Below are positions 20,020 to 29,891 of a DNA stretch of 64,000 nucleotides, piece after piece; within the stretch, counting starts at the first letter, position 1, and every line of letters begins with the position of its first letter. Below the pieces are notes generated by a model that saw only the letters and a list, made by a program, of their open reading frames with translations, searched no databases and was not told where the DNA came from. Location of the stretch: NCBI GenBank assembly GCA_965249275.1, contig CBDFLQ010000005.1, forward strand, positions 128,001 through 192,000, written 5' to 3'. The stretch comes from Dehalococcoidia bacterium (GTDB lineage: Bacteria; Chloroflexota; Dehalococcoidia; Plut-88900). The translations under genes and the position numbers were made by a program.

Positions 20020-21750
20020 ATAGCTAAGCCCATCAACAAGCATATCCGCTACGAGCCCGACGAGCGGCCGCCGTATCTAACATCCATCGGCACATCCATA
20101 CAGGCCGGAACGCTCGGTCTCGGGATGATCTCCTTGATCCCCATTGCGATCGTCCACGCGGCCGGGCAGGAAGAGAGTTACCTGGAGTGGATGGTCTTCA
20201 CCGTCATTGCCATCAGTGGTGTCGGCATGATCCTGCATGCGATCCGGTTCGGAAGGATCGGGGCCGGGCAGTTGTCCTTATTGACCACTTCTGCCACCTT
20301 CATTCCGGTGAGTATTGCCACACTTATAGAAGTTGGACCGGCCACCCTCGCCACGTTAGTAGTCTTCTCCTCGCCGGTAAATTTCCTGGTGTCGGCGTAC
20401 CTTCCGTTGCTGCGGCGCATCATCACCCCTTTGGTCGCAGGCACTATGCTTATGCTGATTGGAGCCTCCTTCATGCCGGCCGCGTTCGAATTACTCGACC
20501 AAGTGCCGGAAGACAAATCGGCGGTCGCCTTGGCCGTGGCCAGCGCCACCGTGCTCACAGTCGTTTTGTTGATGCTGCGCGGTCGCGGCTTCTGGCGATT
20601 GTGGACGTTGGTTATCGGTGTTTCGGTAGGATCCACAATGTCTATATTCGTTGGCCTGTACGACATAGAAGGGATCAAGAACGCTGCTTGGATAGGCTTG
20701 CCTTCAGTCAGCGCTTGGCCCGGCTTCGACCTGAGCCCCAGTACTCAGTTCTGGGCGCTTCTATCGGTGTTCCTACTGGTCACCTTCGCCAATGCCGTCA
20801 AGACTATTGGCAGCGCCATCGTCGTAGAGCAAGCGTCGTGGCGCTATGAGCGCCCGGTCGGATACAGAACTGTGCAGGGGGCCCTCAACGCGGATGGCCT
20901 CACGAGTACGTTATGCGGTATTGCGGGAACACCACCGAGCACGTCAATTCCTGATACGGCATCGTTCATCGCCTTCACTGGCGTAGCTGCGCGTCGGGTT
21001 GGTGTTTTGACGGGACTCATATTTATAGTAGTGGCGTTTCTGCCAAAATTAACAGCCCCCCTGCTTGCCATCCCTAACCCTGTGGTGGGAGCGTTACTCT
21101 TCATCCTTGGAGCGATGATTTTCATACAAGGCTTCAAGATAGTATTTCAGGATGGCATAGACACCAGAAAAGCCATTATCGTAGGAGTGTCTCTCTGGCT
21201 CGGAATAGGCTTTCAAGGCAATCTGATTCTCCCCCACGATCTTGTCGGAGAGCTTCACATCCTTTTCGACAATGGCGTGATGATCGGAGGAATGACAGCT
21301 CTGCTCCTGACCGGATTCATGTGGCTTACCTCTCCCCGTCGGAAGAAACTCAATACCCGGCTTGATCCTTCCTCCGTACCAGAGATCGACGAATTCCTCT
21401 CTGAGTTCGCGTCGAAAATCGGATGGGACGAGGCAGCATCAGGAAAGCTCCGCGCCGCTGGCGAGGAAGCCCTGACCGCCCTGGTATCCTTGTACAAAGA
21501 GTCTGATACAGGCGAGACGCGAAAGTTGCTCATCCTTGCCCGCCGCGACGAGGACCTGGTGGAGGTGGAACTCATATCCGGGCCTTCCTCCGAGAACCTG
21601 GAAGTCAGATTAAGCAACCTCGCCGAACGGCCCGATACAGAGCAAGAAGAAGACATATCGTTGCGGTTGCTTCGCCACTATGCAACTTCAGTGCGGCACC
21701 GTAACTATCATAACGTCGACATAGTAACCATGCGCGTGGAGCAGGGTTGA
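20020..21750 (+). CDS. NCS2 xanthine/uracil-type permease with a C-terminal degenerate RsbW-like HATPase domain; probable ATA start
   Basis: Many TM helices, GALNADGL, TGVAARRVG, PNPVVG; in-frame YEPDERPP N-terminus upstream of ATG 20125; AGGAG RBS 8 nt before ATA 20020. Confidence 0.85.
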   Translation: MAKPINKHIRYEPDERPPYLTSIGTSIQAGTLGLGMISLIPIAIVHAAGQEESYLEWMVFTVIAISGVGMILHAIRFGRIGAGQLSLLTTSATFIPVSIATLIEVGPATLATLVVFSSPVNFLVSAYLPLLRRIITPLVAGTMLMLIGASFMPAAFELLDQVPEDKSAVALAVASATVLTVVLLMLRGRGFWRLWTLVIGVSVGSTMSIFVGLYDIEGIKNAAWIGLPSVSAWPGFDLSPSTQFWALLSVFLLVTFANAVKTIGSAIVVEQASWRYERPVGYRTVQGALNADGLTSTLCGIAGTPPSTSIPDTASFIAFTGVAARRVGVLTGLIFIVVAFLPKLTAPLLAIPNPVVGALLFILGAMIFIQGFKIVFQDGIDTRKAIIVGVSLWLGIGFQGNLILPHDLVGELHILFDNGVMIGGMTALLLTGFMWLTSPRRKKLNTRLDPSSVPEIDEFLSEFASKIGWDEAASGKLRAAGEEALTALVSLYKESDTGETRKLLILARRDEDLVEVELISGPSSENLEVRLSNLAERPDTEQEEDISLRLLRHYATSVRHRNYHNVDIVTMRVEQG

Positions 21751-21754
21751 TCTA

Positions 21755-22261
21755 ATGAATGCAGGTATCACCGCCGGAGCCATCGCTGCCATCGTGGCCG
21801 TGCTGGTATCTTTACCTCTAACGTCCCCCGACGACTCCCTCCTCAACTCGGCCTCAGTCGGCATCGCCTCCCTTCTAGTAGGCCTGCTCGCAGGTCTTAT
21901 GTGGCGAATGCTTATCAACACTCAGGGTCGACCCACAAAGTTCGGGGTCCTTTGGGGAGTTTCATCCGTGACCGTCGGGGCGATGCTCCTGTCAGCCTTC
22001 GCCGTCCAGCTGGACAATCTGATCCCCTTCGCCCTTCCCCTGGTCGTCATCGTTTGCCTTATCACAGGCGTCTTGACTCCTCTATTGGGCCGCGACCCCT
22101 CGCCATTGCGCTGGTGGGTTGCTCCGGCAGCGGTTGCCGTAGTGCTCGCCCTGGCCATACCTCTTGCCAACGTAGGCGACGGAGAGTCCGGGAGGCTGGA
22201 GCTCCCCCCTAAGTCGGGCCTTGTACAACCGGCACCTTCAATGTACCTTGAAACCCTATAG
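21755..22261 (+). CDS. Hypothetical membrane protein
   Basis: About 5 hydrophobic helices; tight operon spacing. Confidence 0.7.
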   Translation: MNAGITAGAIAAIVAVLVSLPLTSPDDSLLNSASVGIASLLVGLLAGLMWRMLINTQGRPTKFGVLWGVSSVTVGAMLLSAFAVQLDNLIPFALPLVVIVCLITGVLTPLLGRDPSPLRWWVAPAAVAVVLALAIPLANVGDGESGRLELPPKSGLVQPAPSMYLETL

Positions 22262-22279
22262 CCGGTCCGGAGGTCCTGA

Positions 22280-23032
22280 ATGCCAGTAACCCCGCCACGG
22301 GCCAAGACTTTTGTCGCCGCCATCGCCCTGGCCCTGATTCTCCTCCTCGCCGCAGCCTGCGGCTCTGTCGATGTCACCGTAGAACGCACAACTTCTACTC
22401 CCGCCCCGGACCCCACCCCTACATCGGCTCCCGCCGATGCTCCTGCACCTACGGCAGCTCCTGCTGATACACCCACCCCCACCCAACCCCCACCCGCCGA
22501 GCCCGGCTCATATGAAGGCGTCACCTACGTTGTCGGAGAAGGTTCGGAGGCTACCTTCACCGTGGAAGAGAAGCTGTCCAGCCTTCCCTTGCCCAACGAC
22601 GCCGTAGTCCGCACCACAGCCCTTTCCGGTGAGGTCCACTTCGACGGTCGGCCCTCAGTTATCGAAATCCAACTCCACGAGCTCGAAAGCGACCAGTCCC
22701 GCCGAGACCGCTACATCCGCGAGAGGATGTTCCCCAACGACCCTGTCGCCACCTTCACCCTCCCCGACTCCCGTCCCCTCCCCGAAGGCTTCTCCGACGG
22801 CAATGAGGTCTCCATAGAGATAACCGGCCAGCTCGAACTTAAAGGCGTCCAGGCCCCTGTCATCTTCCAGATCGAGGCCCGGGACGACGGCGACGTGGTG
22901 CACATTCTCGGGCGCACCTCCTTCGTTTGGTCCGACTTCGGGATGACCGCCCCCATCGTCGGGAGCTTCGTCAGCGTCACAGACGAAGTCGCCGTCGAGA
23001 TTCTCATCTCCGCCCGACCCTCAGGCGGTTGA
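22280..23032 (+). CDS. YceI-family lipoprotein with Pro/Thr linker
   Basis: Lipobox LAAAC; SEATFTVEE, LESDQSRRD, ITGQLEL, WSDFGM. Confidence 0.85.
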   Translation: MPVTPPRAKTFVAAIALALILLLAAACGSVDVTVERTTSTPAPDPTPTSAPADAPAPTAAPADTPTPTQPPPAEPGSYEGVTYVVGEGSEATFTVEEKLSSLPLPNDAVVRTTALSGEVHFDGRPSVIEIQLHELESDQSRRDRYIRERMFPNDPVATFTLPDSRPLPEGFSDGNEVSIEITGQLELKGVQAPVIFQIEARDDGDVVHILGRTSFVWSDFGMTAPIVGSFVSVTDEVAVEILISARPSGG

Positions 23033-23046
23033 TCAGAAGACACGGT

Positions 23047-24051
23047 ATGAAATTCGGTCTATTTATCAACGCCCAGCACCCGGTCGGCGAGTCCGTCTCT
23101 CAGCGCATCGCCGACGCCTCCGAACAGACCCGCCTCGCCCGCGAAGCCGGCTTCGACATGATATGTGCCGGCCAGCACTACCTCTCCCACCCATACCAGA
23201 TGAGTGCCATCATCCCCCTCCTGGCCAGACTCACCGCAGACGCCGAGGGCATGGAGATCGCGGCTACGGTACTCCTCATCCCTCTTCTCAACCCTGTGGA
23301 CGTCGCCGAGACCTGCGCCACCCTCGACGCCATGTCCGGTGGCCACTTCGTTCTGGGAATTGGGATCGGGTACCGGGACGAGGAGTACACCGCCTTTGGT
23401 ATCCAACGCTCCGAGCGCATCCCCCGCCTCAACGAGGCCATGGATATCATCCGCCTTCTCTGGACCAAAGATGAGGTCGAATATAACGGCACCTATTACA
23501 AAGTTCCCAAAGTCCGGGTCGCCACCCGGCCCGTGCAAAAGCCCCATCCGCCCATATGGGTAGCCGCCAACGGGCCTCCGGCCATCGCAAGGGCTGCTCG
23601 CTGGGGATATCCCTGGGTCATCAATCCCCACGCCACCATCGGTTTGATTTCGGGCCAGCTTGATTACTACCGAAAGATCGCCGCAGAGGCCGGTCAGGCC
23701 ATGCCCGCTACGCTGCCCATGATGCGCGAGCTCTACGTGGCTCCCGATTCCGCAACCGCCTACGCCGAAAGCCGACCCTACCTCGAGAGCAAGTACGCCG
23801 CCTACGCATCTTGGGGGCAGGACAAGGAACTCCCCGAAGGTGAGTCCTTCTCCGTCCCCTTTGACCAGCTTGCGCGAGACCGCTTCCTTATCGGCAATCC
23901 CGAGGAAGTCGTCCGCGAGATCCAGCGCTACCGCGACGAACTGGGCGTCAACCACCTGAACATACGGGTACAGTGGCCCGGGATGCCCCACGCCAACGCC
24001 ATGCGTCAGCTGGAGATCCTCGGCAAGGAAGTCCTTCCCAGGTTCCGGTAG
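23047..24051 (+). CDS. LLM-class (luciferase-like) flavin-dependent oxidoreductase
   Basis: MKFGLF, GFD....QH, LGIGIGYRDEE, PVQKPHPPIWVA. Confidence 0.92.
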   Translation: MKFGLFINAQHPVGESVSQRIADASEQTRLAREAGFDMICAGQHYLSHPYQMSAIIPLLARLTADAEGMEIAATVLLIPLLNPVDVAETCATLDAMSGGHFVLGIGIGYRDEEYTAFGIQRSERIPRLNEAMDIIRLLWTKDEVEYNGTYYKVPKVRVATRPVQKPHPPIWVAANGPPAIARAARWGYPWVINPHATIGLISGQLDYYRKIAAEAGQAMPATLPMMRELYVAPDSATAYAESRPYLESKYAAYASWGQDKELPEGESFSVPFDQLARDRFLIGNPEEVVREIQRYRDELGVNHLNIRVQWPGMPHANAMRQLEILGKEVLPRFR

Positions 24052-24066
24052 ACGGGCCTGAGAAAC

Positions 24067-25029
24067 ATGAAGGCAGAGGCAATGAACCAGCTAGTAATAC
24101 GAGACCGCACCACCGTCGGCATTGCCGTTCCCCAAATGTTCCCGCCCGGGCCCACAGACCTGGGCCTCATCCGGGAGCACTTAACCCTCGTTGAGCAGCT
24201 GGGCTACGAAAGCGTCTGGACCCAGCATGGAGTCTTTGCCACCAGCCCCAACCTGGACCCTTTCACCCTCCTCGCCTTCGCCGCATCATGCACCCAAACC
24301 ATCAAGCTCGGCATCTCCGTCGTCGTCCTTCCCTACCACGATCCCGTGAATGTAGCCAAGATATCGGCGAGCCTGGACCAGATCTCGGGAGGTCGGCTCA
24401 TCCTGGGAGTGGGAATAGGCGGGGACGGTGAATCCTACCCGGCCTTCGGATTCGACGCCTCCCACCGGATTGCCCGCTTCGAAGATGCTGTCACCCTGAT
24501 CCGCAGGCTGTGGGCCGAGCCCAGCGTCGACTTCCAAAACAACTTCTGGAACCTGGATAACGTCTCCATAAACCCAAAGCCCGTCCAGAAACCTCACATT
24601 CCCATCTGGTTCGGCGCTTCCGCCGACTCCGCGGTCGAGCGTGCAGCCAGAATGGGCGACGGGTTCATGGGTGCAGGTGCCGCAAACGCCTCCGATATCG
24701 CCGCGTTCAGGAAGGTTCTCGCCAAGCTGCGCTCTGCCCTCGAAGAGAACGGCCGAGACCCTGCCGCCTTCCCCATCTCCAAACGGGTCTACCTGGCCAT
24801 CGACGATGACAGGGAGTCCGCCAACAGAAAGATCCAGCAGTGGTTCCTGGACCACTACCACAGCGCCGAACTCGGGATGAAGGTCTCACTGATAGGCTCC
24901 GTGGATGAGATCGTTGACAAGCTCGGCCCCCTGGCCGAGGAGGAGCTGGACATGATCATGTTCAACCCAGTCTACAATCTCATCGAGCACGCCCAGGTAA
25001 TCGCCGAACGGGTTGTGCCCCAACTCTAG
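24067..25029 (+). CDS. LLM-class flavin-dependent oxidoreductase
   Basis: GYESVW, SLDQISGGRLILGVGIG, PKPVQKPHIPIWFG, RAARMGDG. Confidence 0.92.
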   Translation: MKAEAMNQLVIRDRTTVGIAVPQMFPPGPTDLGLIREHLTLVEQLGYESVWTQHGVFATSPNLDPFTLLAFAASCTQTIKLGISVVVLPYHDPVNVAKISASLDQISGGRLILGVGIGGDGESYPAFGFDASHRIARFEDAVTLIRRLWAEPSVDFQNNFWNLDNVSINPKPVQKPHIPIWFGASADSAVERAARMGDGFMGAGAANASDIAAFRKVLAKLRSALEENGRDPAAFPISKRVYLAIDDDRESANRKIQQWFLDHYHSAELGMKVSLIGSVDEIVDKLGPLAEEELDMIMFNPVYNLIEHAQVIAERVVPQL

Positions 25030-25124
25030 CAACTCTGATAACCCGTCCATATTGTGCACGGATCGTTAATGCCTGCTATCATCTACGCTGTCTCATTCAC
25101 GCCCACTATCAGGAGACCGCAGAC

Positions 25125-26615
25125 ATGCAGACCCTAGCCCAACTGCTCGACGCCGGGGCCCCGGACAAAACCGCCGTGGTAACGCCCAACGGCCCGAGCC
25201 TTACCTACCGGCAGCTCCGAGACCAGGTCGAAGAGTTGGCCTCTACCCTGTCCGCCGCCGGCCTCTCCAGTGGACAGGCAGCGTCCATAGTCCTGGGCAA
25301 CGACATCCGATTCGTAGCCACTTTCCTCGCCGTGGCCCGGCTGGGAGCGGTCGCCGCCCCCCTCAACCCCAACTACACCGAAGAGGAGTATCGTTTCTAC
25401 ATGGAGGACGCAGGCGCTTCACTGGCCATACTCCCGCCGGAGGAGCACCCCGCCCGGGGAGCGGCCCAAGAGCTAGGACTTCTTTGCATCGAGGCCCATG
25501 ACTCGGGTGACGGCGCAGTCCGCCTGACGCGGGACGGCACAACACTAGTGGGCAAGGGCCAGCCCGAAGGCCCCACCCCCGACGACATAGCCCTCTTCCT
25601 CCACACTAGCGGCACTACCAGCCGACCCAAGGGTGTTCCGCTCAGCCACGCTAACCTCGCATCGTCCCTCGATAACATCGTGGGAACCTACGGCCTCTCG
25701 GAAGAGGACAGGGCCCTGATGATAATGCCCCTCTTCCACGTCCACGGTCTCATCGGCGTCCTTTTCTCCACCTTCGCCAGCGGAGGCACGACCATCGTCC
25801 CAAGCCGATTCAGCGCCAGCAACTTCTGGCCCGTGGCCCTGGAGCAGGCCGCCACCTGGTACTCGGGCGTACCGACCATGCACCAGATCCTTCTCTCCCG
25901 CGCCGACAGCGACAACGCTCCCCGTGGCACGTTCCGCTTCATTCGCTCCTGCAGCGCCGCCCTGGCTCCCGCCGTTCTCGATGGCATGGAGGCTCGCTTC
26001 GACTCCCCCGTCCTAGAGGCATACGGCATGACCGAGGCATCCCACCAGATGTCCTCCAACCCCCTGCCTCCGGCTCAGCGCTTTGCAGGGACCGTTGGCC
26101 GAGGAACCGGTGTCCGGATCGCCATTATGGACGAGGCCGGGGGTATGCTCGCAGACGGGGACCGGGGCGAAGTCGTGATCATGGGGCCCAACGTCATGAA
26201 AGGCTATCGCAACAACCCACGGGCCAACGCCTCCTCCTTTACAGACGGCTGGTTCAGGACTGGAGACCAGGGCTTCCTCGACGATCTCGGATACCTCAAC
26301 ATCACGGGCCGTTTGAAGGAGCTGATCAATCGCGGCGGCGAGAAGATCGCTCCCCTGGAGGTGGACGCAGTCCTTGCCCAGCACCCCGCCGTGCAGGACG
26401 CCATCTGCTTCGGCGTCCCTGACGAAAAATTCGGCGAGGAAGTCCACGCCGCCGTCGTCCTCAACGGAGACGCTACGCAGGAGGACATCCAGGCCTTCTG
26501 CCAAAAGCACCTAATCGATTTCAAGGTTCCCAAGACCGTACACATAGTCGACACCCTTCCGCGCACGGCCACCGGTAAGATACAGCGCAGAAACGTCGCA
26601 GCACTGTTTAGCTAA
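25125..26615 (+). CDS. Acyl-CoA synthetase (oxalate-CoA ligase/AAE3-like)
   Basis: LHTSGTTSRPKGV, PLFHVHGL, FIRSCS, EAYGMTEASHQ, TGDQG, ELINRGGEKI, TATGKIQR. Confidence 0.9.
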   Translation: MQTLAQLLDAGAPDKTAVVTPNGPSLTYRQLRDQVEELASTLSAAGLSSGQAASIVLGNDIRFVATFLAVARLGAVAAPLNPNYTEEEYRFYMEDAGASLAILPPEEHPARGAAQELGLLCIEAHDSGDGAVRLTRDGTTLVGKGQPEGPTPDDIALFLHTSGTTSRPKGVPLSHANLASSLDNIVGTYGLSEEDRALMIMPLFHVHGLIGVLFSTFASGGTTIVPSRFSASNFWPVALEQAATWYSGVPTMHQILLSRADSDNAPRGTFRFIRSCSAALAPAVLDGMEARFDSPVLEAYGMTEASHQMSSNPLPPAQRFAGTVGRGTGVRIAIMDEAGGMLADGDRGEVVIMGPNVMKGYRNNPRANASSFTDGWFRTGDQGFLDDLGYLNITGRLKELINRGGEKIAPLEVDAVLAQHPAVQDAICFGVPDEKFGEEVHAAVVLNGDATQEDIQAFCQKHLIDFKVPKTVHIVDTLPRTATGKIQRRNVAALFS

Positions 26616-26616
26616 T

Positions 26617-26817
26617 ATGCCTAAATCAAAGCCTCAAATCCCCCGCCCCTGGTCCCGAGCCCTCCTCTGGGCCGCGGCAATCACGTTGGGAATAGTCCTG
26701 GCTACTGCCGTTATCAACCCTCTCTTCGACCGCGTCGTTAACTGGGGGTTGCTAACCATATTCGCTATGCTGATCTTCATAGCGCTCGTCTCGGCCTTCC
26801 GTAGGCGCTGGATATAG
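26617..26817 (+). CDS. Small 2-TM protein
   Basis: Starts 1 nt after the upstream stop; two hydrophobic helices, basic C-terminus. Confidence 0.65.
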   Translation: MPKSKPQIPRPWSRALLWAAAITLGIVLATAVINPLFDRVVNWGLLTIFAMLIFIALVSAFRRRWI

Positions 26818-26819
26818 CC

Positions 26820-27372
26820 ACCCATCCCCAGGCGGGGGGCCGCTCACCCTGAGCCAGCTGGAAGTGCGCCTTTGGAGCATCGAAGGGTCGAGCGGAGGTG
26901 GCCCACGTACAGCCAATCCGTCACGCTCACCTTCATCCCAACCCAGCCTCTTTACCCTGTCATCCCGAGGCTCCGCGAGGGATCTGGGGAGTGGAGTCCA
27001 GTCCCCTCTCCCTTGACGGGTCGTAGATGCTGAAAGTGCGCCTTTGGCCTGCACCGAGGCGTGAGAGGGCTAGGGTCGAAGACTCGCCTAGGAGAGTCGT
27101 AGGCTCCCCGAGGAGAGTGAGGGTGATCCCATCCCCCGGCGCGGGGCCGCTCATCCGCCTCAGGCGGAAGGCACTCGAAGGGTCGAGCAGAGGTGGCCCA
27201 CGCACAGCCAATCCGTCACGCCCACCTTCATCCCAACCCAGCCTCTTTACCCTGTCATCCCGAGGCTCCGCGAGGGATCTGGGGAGTGGGGTCCAGTCCC
27301 CCCTCCCTCGACGGGTCGTAGATGCTGAAAGTGCACCTTTGGCGTACACCGAGGCGTGAGAGGGCTAGGGCC
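26820..27372. repeat. Tandem ~295-bp direct repeat built from REP-like palindromic modules
   Basis: TGTCATCCCGAGGCTCCGCGAGGGATCT at 26958 and 27253; near-identical flanks CGAAGGGTCGAGC at 26881 and 27176. Confidence 0.9.
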
Positions 27373-27607
27373 GTAGGGATGGTTCCCGAACCGCCCCGCC
27401 GCATAGTGTGACGAGGCAGGTGCAAAACTACCAAAAAGAGTAGTTTAGCTATGAAAACCAACCAGAATGGCTCTCGAAAGGCCCTAGCCCGGCACCGGGA
27501 CAAGATGAAGACGATAGAGAATCGCTGTGCGGCTAACGAAGAAGTCGTTGAAGACTACATCCCCGGCTTAGTGAGGTCGATGCCATGGTAGATTCGCAGC
27601 ATGATTC

Positions 27608-27700
27608 TCATTCGGCCGAGGTCGTGGCAGCAGTAGGGGTGGTCTCGGAACAGGCCAAAGCAGCGGCAACTATCAGCAAGATGATGAATAGATGCCTCAT
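27608..27700 (-). pseudogene. Truncated lipoprotein gene (MRHLFIILLIVAAALAC...) whose signal peptide is paralogous to that of the adjacent DsbA
   Basis: ATGA overlap with the DsbA stop; lipobox LAC; stops after 30 codons. Confidence 0.6.
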
Positions 27701-28626
27701 CGGTCGTTGCTTTGCTGGAGTAACTGGTCCAGTATAGGCCCGAGGGTTTCGATGCCAATCGCTCCGACACGCATGATCCACTGATCGCCGCTCCGTATCA
27801 ACAATGTCGGCACAGACTGAACCTCCAGGGCATCCCCAAAAGAGCCGTCAGCCTCCACGGCTTGTGCGTAGCGCTCTTCTTCGAGACACGCAGTGAATCG
27901 GGGCACGTCCAGCCTAAGGGTGCCGGCCAGTTCGAACATCCCCTCCCGCTCAAGAGGCCCATCCTGGTAAATCCGATCATGGAACTGCCAGAACGCACCC
28001 TGCTCACCGGCGCACTCAGAGCCCAGCGCCTGTAGCCGGGAGTGGGCGCCAAAGATGACGAAGTGGCGGTAGACCAACTTTACCTGACCCTGCTGGATGT
28101 AGGTTGGCCTGATCTCCAAACCCGTTCTTTCCGCCCACCACCGACAGGCCGGGCATTGGAAATCCCCGAACTTCTCCAGCGTAACCGGTGCTTCTGGGTC
28201 CCCGAGAACGTTCCAGCCACGGTCCTCAGGAGCTGGCGGCAGTGGCGGTGATGGCGTTGGGGTCGGCCTGGGTATGGCGGTTGGCGTCGGCACCGGCGTC
28301 GGGGTAGCGGTCGGCGGCGGCGCTGGAGTTGGTGTAGCACTCGGAATCGGTGAGGGCACGGCAGTAGGGGCCGAAGTCGCTGTTGGTGTGGTGGTAGGAG
28401 TTGCGGCAGGAGCTGCTATGGCCGCTGTGGTAGGCCGTGGTGCCATCGTGGGAGTCGGCATCGACATCGGTCGAGGCGTCGAAGTCGGTGTAGGCGCGGG
28501 CCTAGTGGGTATAGTCGTAAGAACGGGCATCGCCGTGGGAGTTGGCAAGACCGTAGGGGCTGTCGCATCGGCACAGGCCAGAGTAGCGACAACTATCAAC
28601 GAGATGACCACGAATAGGTGTCTCAT
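27697..28626 (-). CDS. DsbA/thioredoxin-family lipoprotein with long Pro/Thr linker
   Basis: Lipobox TLAC; LGDPEAPVT..FGDFQCPAC; cis-Pro region SVPTL. Confidence 0.92.
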   Translation of the reverse strand: MRHLFVVISLIVVATLACADATAPTVLPTPTAMPVLTTIPTRPAPTPTSTPRPMSMPTPTMAPRPTTAAIAAPAATPTTTPTATSAPTAVPSPIPSATPTPAPPPTATPTPVPTPTAIPRPTPTPSPPLPPAPEDRGWNVLGDPEAPVTLEKFGDFQCPACRWWAERTGLEIRPTYIQQGQVKLVYRHFVIFGAHSRLQALGSECAGEQGAFWQFHDRIYQDGPLEREGMFELAGTLRLDVPRFTACLEEERYAQAVEADGSFGDALEVQSVPTLLIRSGDQWIMRVGAIGIETLGPILDQLLQQSNDR

Positions 28627-28958
28627 CTAATGTGCTGCATTATTCGTGCCCAAAGTGACCAATCGCCGACGAAATGGTCAACGAGCTTCTTCCAGACATC
28701 GAAGTAGCCCTGGCTGAAGGGCGAGTTGATCTCTTCCTTATGGTGGCCTCGGCACTGGAATGCCGGGGTCCTCCGCGTTTATGCCACCTCTATGTGAAAC
28801 GCTTGTGCAATATATAAGGATTTCATGCCTAAAGTCAATAAGGATTAGGCACGAATTTCACAGGTGTAAAACTACCAGCAAACTCGTTAGCTCCGGCCTT
28901 CACACTAGGCGTAAACCTCCGATTTTCGAGTTTTGCACCCACCAGTGACACCAACCCC

Positions 28959-28988
28959 TTGACCAAATCAAAACATTTGTACTATATT
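28959..28988 (+). promoter_or_regulatory. Sigma70-type promoter with an overlapping LexA-box-like site (AAAC-N4-GTAC)
   Basis: TTGACC-18-TATATT; site at 28971-28982; same layout at 41130-41159. Confidence 0.6.
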
Positions 28989-29045
28989 GCACCCCAGGCC
29001 CGACACCCCACGTCGGCCCTAATCAGGAAAGGGCATAGGAGTCCC

Positions 29046-29891
29046 ATGAGTCGCAATAGCCTTCATAGGCCCCGTCGACCCCGAGCGGTATGGGACCGCC
29101 CGGCCACCGGCACGCGCCTCCTCCCCAATCCTCATTCCCTTACCGTCTCCCAACTCAACCCCCACTACAAGCGCTGCCCCAAGGCCGAACGCCTCCGCCT
29201 CCGCAGCGATCAATCATCGTTCCGCCCGGTCCCAGTGACCGGCTATGGAAGGTTCCCGGACAAAAACTGGCTTGCCCTTTCCAAGGGCCCCTGCCAAGTG
29301 CGCGCCCCACTTACCCGGCGCATCATCCTCGCCCCCTCAGGCGACGCCTACGAGCACGGTGTCATGCTGCTCAACAGGGCCATTGTGCCCAGAGACTCCG
29401 CCGTCGTAGCCCTCGGAGGGCTCATTCCACCCAGCGACGGCAGAGAGTCCACGCCCCCATATCTCCGTATGGCCGGGCACTTCTGGTGGTCGAGACTGCC
29501 CCACACCGAGTTTCCCCCGCGTCTCCTCCACATCCTCTCAGAAGCACGGGGCTGTCGCAGAGCCGGCGCCGATGTGGAATATCCGCTGTCGTGGACATCA
29601 CCCATCGGTACAGGCGTCGCCGCCTTCCTGCGCAACCATCCGGGACCTTCCATCCCATCCCCCTCCCGTTTTCTCCGTCATTCCTGCGGAGGCAGGCTGA
29701 AAGTGCGCCGAGGCGTGAATCCATCCCCGGAAGGGCAGGGGCCCCGCTCCTCGGGGCGTACCCTCCCCTCCCCCTCCCTCCCCCTTGTCCACTTCCTCTG
29801 TAGGGACGACAGGCCAGTCGCCCTCGGTGTGGGCGTCCCGAGTGGGGCGTCCACACCCCTCACCCCACCCACGAAAGGGTCTGCCTATTAG
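29046..29891 (+). CDS. Hypothetical protein, paralog of 40192..41070
   Basis: AGGAG RBS + ATG; collinear protein similarity to the paralog; 3' end runs into REP-like DNA. Confidence 0.6.
   Translation: MSRNSLHRPRRPRAVWDRPATGTRLLPNPHSLTVSQLNPHYKRCPKAERLRLRSDQSSFRPVPVTGYGRFPDKNWLALSKGPCQVRAPLTRRIILAPSGDAYEHGVMLLNRAIVPRDSAVVALGGLIPPSDGRESTPPYLRMAGHFWWSRLPHTEFPPRLLHILSEARGCRRAGADVEYPLSWTSPIGTGVAAFLRNHPGPSIPSPSRFLRHSCGGRLKVRRGVNPSPEGQGPRSSGRTLPSPSLPLVHFLCRDDRPVALGVGVPSGASTPLTPPTKGSAY
29677..29825. repeat. REP-like cluster (GTCATTCCTGCGGAGGCAGG..GAATCCA with insert; GTAG-type GTAGGGACGACAGGCCAGTCGCCCT)
   Basis: Palindromic motifs read directly; insert shared with other clusters in the window. Confidence 0.65.

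Noticed and set aside
22927-23046. N-terminal extension of the first LLM protein
   Set aside because: Overlaps the YceI gene; the family start MKFGLF is at 23047.
26820-27372. CRISPR array
   Set aside because: Only two long units with conserved rather than unique spacers; no cas genes.
26752-27503. ORFs of 82-129 aa with near-identical translations
   Set aside because: They are translations of the non-coding tandem repeat.
28230-28560. Pro/Thr-rich repeats as a novel repeat element (also 22390-22500)
   Set aside because: Ordinary low-complexity lipoprotein linkers, common in Chloroflexota.
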